Below, in pieces: positions 58,479 to 64,000 of a stretch of DNA of 64,000 nucleotides (position 1 is its first letter; every line of letters begins with the position of its first letter). This DNA is from an uncultured Verrucomicrobiae bacterium (lineage in GTDB: Bacteria; Verrucomicrobiota; Verrucomicrobiia; Chthoniobacterales; JAATET01). The notes under the pieces were generated by a model. The model searched no databases, was not told the DNA's origin, and saw only the letters and a program-made list of their open reading frames with translations. The stretch covers positions 128,001-192,000 of the forward strand of contig CAVRCI010000004.1 in NCBI GenBank assembly GCA_963719495.1, given 5' to 3'. The position numbers were made by a program, and so were the translations under genes.

Positions 58479-59858
58479 TCAGAAATTCACTTTGGCGCTG
58501 ATGCCGAGGATGTTGGCGTTTTGGATTTCTCCGGTGGCGCTGGGGCGGATGATGTATTGCCAGAACGGTTGGATGGTGACGAATTTGTTGACCGCGAAGC
58601 GGTAGTCGACCTCGATGACGGCTTCGTAGGTTTTCTGGATTTGTTGGTTGGCTTCCTGGCGGGCCTGGATGCGGTCGTAGCTGAACTGGCCATACATGAA
58701 GGCGGCTCCGATGGCGTCGTCGTCGCGGCCGGGGAAGGGTCCTTTGTAGAGGAGGCCGGTGTGGAAGTAGAAGGGGAGGAGGTTGTTATACTTCGGCGCG
58801 AAGTTGACGAAGTTGATCATGTAGAGGCCTTGTGGACTGAGCGCGGGTAGGACGGGATCGACGGGAGTTTTAAAGGACTTGGCCGACGGGTAGGTTTTCC
58901 CGTCGGACGGACCCTTGGCGTAGACGGGTTCGGGTTGCGGTGAGGACTCGCGGAAGAGCATTTGGTCGGCTTGGAAGTAGAAGGTGTTGCGTTCGTCGTA
59001 GGAGGCTCCGTTGAAGGAGGTGTTTTCTTCGCCGTAGTAGATGGCTCCGGCGACGTATTTGCCGGGGAGTTGGTCTTCGCCGAGTTTCGGAGTGAGGCCG
59101 GCTTCGACGAGGCCGTAGAGGCCGTTGCTCTCGGGTGGGTTCGCGCCCTCGAAGTAGAGGCCGTGATTGGCGGTGCTGGAGCCGCCGGGAGCCGCAAGGT
59201 AGAGGCCTCCCTGGACGTAGAATAGGTCGCTGGGCTTGACGTTGAGGAAGCCGCCCCAGGATTCGTAGGCTCCGTTGAACGGGATGCCGTTCGCGCCGAT
59301 ACCCTTGATCTGGAAGATCGAGTTGTTGATGAAGAACCGGGAGTCCGGCTGGTCGGCGAAGTGGAACATGGGATTCTGCCAGCCGCCGGAAAGCGTGAAC
59401 AGATTGTTGGGTCCGACGAGATCGCCGGAAGTCCACGTGAAGAAGAACGGCATGAGGCGAATCTGTTTGCCGGCTTGCGTGTGGGATGGGTTGAAGATCG
59501 GGGATGCGCCGACGTATTCGTTGACGTCGGTGCCGTCTCGCCAGCGGACCGCTCCGGTGAGCGAAAGGCCGGGAATGTTCGCCATTTTTTCGAGATCGAG
59601 TTTGGCGAAGAGCCAGACTTCCTCGTCGAAAGCGCCGTGCTGATCGAGGCCGCCGCCGGTGATTCCGTAGAAGGTGCCCTGCCACCAACCAAAGACCTTG
59701 ATGCCGTGGTCCTCGAGGGTCGGGCGGACGCCGAGCCATTCGCCGGTGGCGTGTTTACCCTCCCAGTAGTCGCCGAGGGTGGATTGCGCCGCGAGGGGCG
59801 AGAGGGCCGCGGCTTGAGCGGCGGCGGCGAGCGTGAACGTGCGGAGTAAGGATTTCAT
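58479..59858 (-). CDS. Carbohydrate-selective (OprB-family) porin
   Basis: Signal peptide, TGEWLGVRPTLEDHG, GRDDDAIG, YEAVIEVDY, QP..QYIIRP, terminal Phe. Confidence 0.82.
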   Translation of the reverse strand: MKSLLRTFTLAAAAQAAALSPLAAQSTLGDYWEGKHATGEWLGVRPTLEDHGIKVFGWWQGTFYGITGGGLDQHGAFDEEVWLFAKLDLEKMANIPGLSLTGAVRWRDGTDVNEYVGASPIFNPSHTQAGKQIRLMPFFFTWTSGDLVGPNNLFTLSGGWQNPMFHFADQPDSRFFINNSIFQIKGIGANGIPFNGAYESWGGFLNVKPSDLFYVQGGLYLAAPGGSSTANHGLYFEGANPPESNGLYGLVEAGLTPKLGEDQLPGKYVAGAIYYGEENTSFNGASYDERNTFYFQADQMLFRESSPQPEPVYAKGPSDGKTYPSAKSFKTPVDPVLPALSPQGLYMINFVNFAPKYNNLLPFYFHTGLLYKGPFPGRDDDAIGAAFMYGQFSYDRIQARQEANQQIQKTYEAVIEVDYRFAVNKFVTIQPFWQYIIRPSATGEIQNANILGISAKVNF

Positions 59859-60099
59859 GGTTGGTCTCGGGTTTTTTTGGGTGGGTGGGTTGGCTGACGG
59901 TTTGGTGCGCTTTCGAGACCGGGAATGAGCAGACGGGGAGCCGGGTGGGTCGAGGTGCTTAATTATTTTGGGATACAATTTTGTTGAATGCATGAATTGT
60001 GTTCATGGTTCGGTGGCGGCGTGGGGGGAGGAGTGACGCTTCGCGTTTGGGATTGAGGCGTTGGGCTGGAAGCCCGACGCAACAGGCTGGAAGCCTGTT

Positions 60100-61020
60100 T
60101 TACCCGAATGCCGTTGCCGCTTCGTTTGCGGTGTTCACGTGAACTTGGACGACTTTGGTGACGTCTTTCGTGTAGCCGCCAGCCAGAACCCAGGCGATCG
60201 GGATGCCTTGGTCGCGGGCGAATTCGAAGACTCGGCGGTCGCGGGCGGCGAGGTCTTCGGGTCCGAGATCCAAGGGGGAATAGGGGTCGTCGCGGAGAGG
60301 ATCGGCTCCGGCTTGGTAGAGGAGGAGGTCGGGCTTGCCTTTCGCGATCAGGCTCGGGAGATTTTTTCCCAGGATGGCGAGCATTTCGGGGCCTTGGCAG
60401 CGGTTGGGGAGGATGGCGGATTCGTGGTTGGGGCCGGTGGGGTGGCGGATGGTGGTGACGTCGGCGTGGGGGACGTTGTCCCAGTAGTCGTTGCCGTAGA
60501 TCGAGAGGGCGAAGACGTGGGGGCGGGTCTCGGCGAGGGTGGCGGTGCCGTTGCCGTAGTGGAGGTCGAGGTCGAGGATGGCGGCGGTGCGGATCCTGCC
60601 GGCGGCGACGAGGGCGTCGATGGCGACGATGAGGCCGTTGAAGGTGCAGAAGCCTTCGCCGTGATCGGCGTGGGCGTGGTGGAAGCCGCTGACGAGCGCG
60701 CCGGAGATGCCGGTGTCGAGGGCGGTGGTGGCGGCGGCGAGGACGCCGCCGTTGGTGAGACGAACGGAGGCGTCGAGGGTGGGTGACCACGGGAATTTTT
60801 GAGATTCAGCGAGTTCGCGGGGGGTGCCGGTGCGGATGGCTTCGACGTAAGCGGGGGTGTGGACGCGGAGGAGGTCGGGGTCGGTGACGGGGGAGGGGGC
60901 GGTGACGGTGAAGCGGGGGTCGGTGGCGAGCGCTTCGGCGACGAGCCGGAATTTGCGGATCGGCATAACGTGGTTGCCGAGGGAAACTTCGAAGCCGGGG
61001 TGGTGGTGGAGGGGGATCAT
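60100..61020 (-). CDS. Histone deacetylase-family Zn amidohydrolase
   Basis: GFHHA....GEGFC.FN, DLDLHYGNGT, QAGADP..DDP, AGGY. Confidence 0.92.
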   Translation of the reverse strand: MIPLHHHPGFEVSLGNHVMPIRKFRLVAEALATDPRFTVTAPSPVTDPDLLRVHTPAYVEAIRTGTPRELAESQKFPWSPTLDASVRLTNGGVLAAATTALDTGISGALVSGFHHAHADHGEGFCTFNGLIVAIDALVAAGRIRTAAILDLDLHYGNGTATLAETRPHVFALSIYGNDYWDNVPHADVTTIRHPTGPNHESAILPNRCQGPEMLAILGKNLPSLIAKGKPDLLLYQAGADPLRDDPYSPLDLGPEDLAARDRRVFEFARDQGIPIAWVLAGGYTKDVTKVVQVHVNTANEAATAFG

Positions 61021-61041
61021 CCTTGGAAGGAAGTTGCGAGT

Positions 61042-61863
61042 TTATGGTTGAGAGTCGAGTGGGTTGATCAAGTCGAGTTGGGGTGGGATTGGTGGCTTTT
61101 CGACCTTCAGGTCGCTGGCGGAATACATCGTGAGGAGGGCTTGGGTGATTTCCTCGACTTCGGGGGCGGAGAGGTCGGTGGATTGGGGTTGGTTGATTTG
61201 GCGGATTAGGAGGTTGAGGGGGACTGGCTTGGGGCCTCCGGTGCGGGCGATCTCGGTGGGGTCGCGGAAGTCGGGTTGGTGGTAGTCGAGGTGGGTTGGA
61301 TCGAGTTTTAGAAACCCGGCTTTGGCGTAGGCGGCTAGGCGGGTGGTGCGGGCTGCGTCGGTGGGATCGGCGGGCTCCATTTCGGCGACGAGGGTGATGG
61401 GGGAATCGGTGGGGAGGCTTTGGCTTTCGAGGCAGGCTCGGGCCGTTTGGAGGGGGAGGGCGCGGAGCCAGCCGGCGAGGCCGGTGCGGCGCCAGGGTTT
61501 GGCGATCAGATTGTGGGAGAGGTGGACGATGGCGGTGCCGGTCGCGGGATTGACGATGGCGGTGTGATCGCGGACGGCGGCGAAGGCTCCAGTGGCGTCG
61601 GTGAGGTACGCGAGTTCGTAGCGGAGGGCGCGGCCCTCGTGGAGTTCGGTGGTGGGGCGGGTGAGGCGGTCGGCGAGAGTGGCTACGGTTTCGAGTTCGT
61701 TGGCGGCGGCGAATTCGGCTTGGAGGTGGCCGTAGGCTTCCTGGAAGAGAGGGTACTCCGGGGTGGTGATTCGGTGGAGGTGGATGGCCGAGAGGTCGGC
61801 GGTGAGGCTTTTGGCGTCGGCGGGGGCCAGGTCGGTTGGGATCATCCAGGGGTGGCGGGGCAT
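61042..61863 (-). CDS. Probable GNAT-fold acetyltransferase
   Basis: HLSHNLIAKPWRRTGLA (motif A-like), RLAAYAKAGF, YHQPDF. Confidence 0.5.
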   Translation of the reverse strand: MPRHPWMIPTDLAPADAKSLTADLSAIHLHRITTPEYPLFQEAYGHLQAEFAAANELETVATLADRLTRPTTELHEGRALRYELAYLTDATGAFAAVRDHTAIVNPATGTAIVHLSHNLIAKPWRRTGLAGWLRALPLQTARACLESQSLPTDSPITLVAEMEPADPTDAARTTRLAAYAKAGFLKLDPTHLDYHQPDFRDPTEIARTGGPKPVPLNLLIRQINQPQSTDLSAPEVEEITQALLTMYSASDLKVEKPPIPPQLDLINPLDSQP

Positions 61864-62111
61864 CGGTCTTGTTGGTGCGAGGCGTTGCCTCTGGGTTGGT
61901 TGGACGATTACGAATCGCCGTTCCTGCTATGGGGCGAAAATGTTCAATAGGCAAAATGGAATCGACGCGGACGACGGGGGGCGACGGAGACGGACGGTTC
62001 GATCTTGAAGCCGCCCTGGGTTGGCGGCGGCCACGGCGTGGCCGGCGGGCGAGGTGGTCGTGCCGATTGGTGGCGTGACATCTTTGGCCGGGGTGGGCAG
62101 GTTGCAGCGTC

Positions 62112-63107
62112 ATGGACAATGAGCGTGATCCGGTGGTGATTTTGGGGGACTTGTGCTCGCGGTTGGATTCGCTGCATTCGCAGCTGGAGACGGTGGTGGT
62201 GGGTCAGCGGCCGAACGTGGAGGCGATTTTGCAGGCTCTCCTTTGCCGGGGGCATTGTCTGCTCGTGGGCGTGCCGGGGTTGGCAAAGACTTTGTTGGTG
62301 AACGCGGTTTCGCGGCTGCTCGGGTTGCCGTTTGCGCGGATTCAATTCACGCCGGATCTGATGCCGTCGGACGTGACGGGGACGGAGATTCTGGAGGAGG
62401 ACGTGGCGACGGGGCACCGGAAATTTGTTTTCGTGCCGGGGCCGGTTTTCACGAACGTGCTGCTGGCGGACGAGATCAATCGGACGCCGCCGAAGACGCA
62501 GGCGGCGCTGCTGGAGGCGATGCAGGAGAAGACGGTGACGGTGGCGGGGAAGATCCGCGCGCTGGCGGAGCCGTTCATCGTGCTGGCGACGCAGAATCCG
62601 ATCGAGCAGGAGGGGACGTATCCGCTGCCGGAGGCGCAGTTGGATCGGTTTTTGTTCGAGCTGGAGGTGGGGTATCCGGGGTTGGAGGACGAGGTGCGGA
62701 TCGTGGAGCGGCATTCGTTCACGCCGACGAGTGAGTTGCAGCCGCTGTTTGCGGAGGGGGAATTGGCGGCGTTTCGGGACGCGGTGGCGCGGGTGCCGGT
62801 GCCGCCGAATGTCGTTCGCTACGCGGTGGAGTTGGTGCGGGCGACGCGGCCGGACGGGGACTCGGCTCCGGAGGAGATCCGCAAGTATCTGCGGTGGGGG
62901 GCTTCGCCGCGGGCGAGTCAGAATCTGATCATCGCGGGGCGGGCGCGGGCGGCTTGCGCGGGGCGGTTCAACGTGTCGTGCGAGGACGTGGCGGCACTGG
63001 CTCCCAATGTGTTGCGTCATCGCTTGATTCGAAATTTCCAAGCGGATGCGGATGGGGTGTCGGCTCCGGATTTGATCGCTGGGTTGCTGGAGCGGGTGCG
63101 GCATTGA
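62112..63107 (+). CDS. moxR: MoxR-family AAA+ ATPase
   Basis: [53 protein letters not shown]. Confidence 0.95.
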   Translation: MDNERDPVVILGDLCSRLDSLHSQLETVVVGQRPNVEAILQALLCRGHCLLVGVPGLAKTLLVNAVSRLLGLPFARIQFTPDLMPSDVTGTEILEEDVATGHRKFVFVPGPVFTNVLLADEINRTPPKTQAALLEAMQEKTVTVAGKIRALAEPFIVLATQNPIEQEGTYPLPEAQLDRFLFELEVGYPGLEDEVRIVERHSFTPTSELQPLFAEGELAAFRDAVARVPVPPNVVRYAVELVRATRPDGDSAPEEIRKYLRWGASPRASQNLIIAGRARAACAGRFNVSCEDVAALAPNVLRHRLIRNFQADADGVSAPDLIAGLLERVRH

Positions 63108-63238
63108 GGGGTGGGTGGGGGTGGCGTTTTGACTTCGGCTCGCTTCGCATTGCCTCGTGATGCGGCGGGACGCCGCATCTCGCACGCGGGGACGCGTGCG
63201 CTCCCCGGCGGCTGGAAGCCGTCGTTCCTTGAAGTGAC

Positions 63239-64000
63239 ATGAAGGCGGCTTTTGATCCGGGGGTTGTATCGGGGCTGGCTTCCTTGCCTTTGCGGGCTCG
63301 GTATTTGGTGGAGGGTTTTCTGACGGGGATCCACGCGAGTCCCTACCGGGGGTTTAGCGTGGAATTTTCGGAATACCGGGATTACCAGCCGGGGGATGAT
63401 CCGCGGCATTTGGATTGGCGGTTGTATGGGCGGTCGGATCGGTTGTGCATCCGGGAATTCGAGGAGGAGACGAACGTGCGGGCTTATCTGGTGGTGGATG
63501 CGAGCGGGAGCATGGGGTATGGCGGGGAGGGGGCGTGGGACTCGAAATTGGGTTGTGCGAAGGCCTTGGCTGCGGCTTTGGGGTGGTTGCTGCTTCGGCA
63601 GAAGGATGCGGCGGGGTTGCTGACGACCGGGGGGAATGGGGGGCTGCGGTCGGTGCCGCCGGGGCAGCGGTCGAGTCAGCTTGGGTTGCTGCTGCGGGAG
63701 CTGGGTGGGTTGGAGGCCGGGGGCGAGGGGGGATTGGGGTTTTTGCTCTCGGGGGCGAATCGGCTGATTCATCGCCGGAGCCTGGTGGCGATTTTTTCGG
63801 ATTTCCTGGAGGGGGTGGACGTGGTTGCCGATCGGGTGAAGGAGTTGCGGTTCAACGGGCACGATTGTTTTGTCTTTCAGATCCTGGACCGGGATGAGAT
63901 CGACTTTCCGTTCACGGAGGCGGCGGTGTTCGAGGATCCGGAGACGGGGATGCTGCGGCACGTGACGCCGGAGCGGGCGCGGGCGAAATATTTGGAGCGG
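63239..64000 (+). CDS. DUF58 family protein (3' partial)
   Basis: G.H.SPYRGFSVEFSEYRDYQPGDD.RHLDW..YGR, EEETN, DASGSM; downstream of moxR. Confidence 0.88.
   Translation, partial: MKAAFDPGVVSGLASLPLRARYLVEGFLTGIHASPYRGFSVEFSEYRDYQPGDDPRHLDWRLYGRSDRLCIREFEEETNVRAYLVVDASGSMGYGGEGAWDSKLGCAKALAAALGWLLLRQKDAAGLLTTGGNGGLRSVPPGQRSSQLGLLLRELGGLEAGGEGGLGFLLSGANRLIHRRSLVAIFSDFLEGVDVVADRVKELRFNGHDCFVFQILDRDEIDFPFTEAAVFEDPETGMLRHVTPERARAKYLER

Overview
A high-GC bacterial chromosomal segment. Gene content (Amuc_1098-like secretin, DUF5069, DUF4202, futalosine pathway, OprB-type porin) points to Verrucomicrobiota, probably Chthoniobacterales-like; this is inference. Housekeeping and metabolic genes: mqnE-mqnA, mdh, two dps, tRNA-His, queH, zwf-opcA, proC, a D,D-carboxypeptidase, a UvrD/PcrA helicase, mscL and moxR-DUF58. 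A minus-strand nitrate-assimilation operon spans about 42.5-57.3 kb: NasS-like sensor, nrtABCD, frameshifted nirA, CysJ-like flavoprotein, DUF4202, a DmsB-DmsC fusion and a NasA-like molybdoenzyme, with a divergent LysR. Three non-obvious layers stand out. (1) A WYL/HTH regulator has a DriD-like operator (ATAGGAC-N7-GTCCTAT) over its start codon and faces an uncalled 51-aa ORF with a clamp-binding-like QLELPL motif. This is a candidate SOS-independent DNA-damage module. (2) A four-helix-bundle (23S-IVS-protein family) gene sits antisense in the nrt operon between inverted arrays of a 7-bp unit. Gene-less arm pairs and solo heptamer arrays occur elsewhere, several in frame inside coding sequences. 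(3) A RAYT transposase with inverted REPs is present, plus several co-oriented REP families with covarying stems. All calls come from reading motifs by eye; no searches were run.
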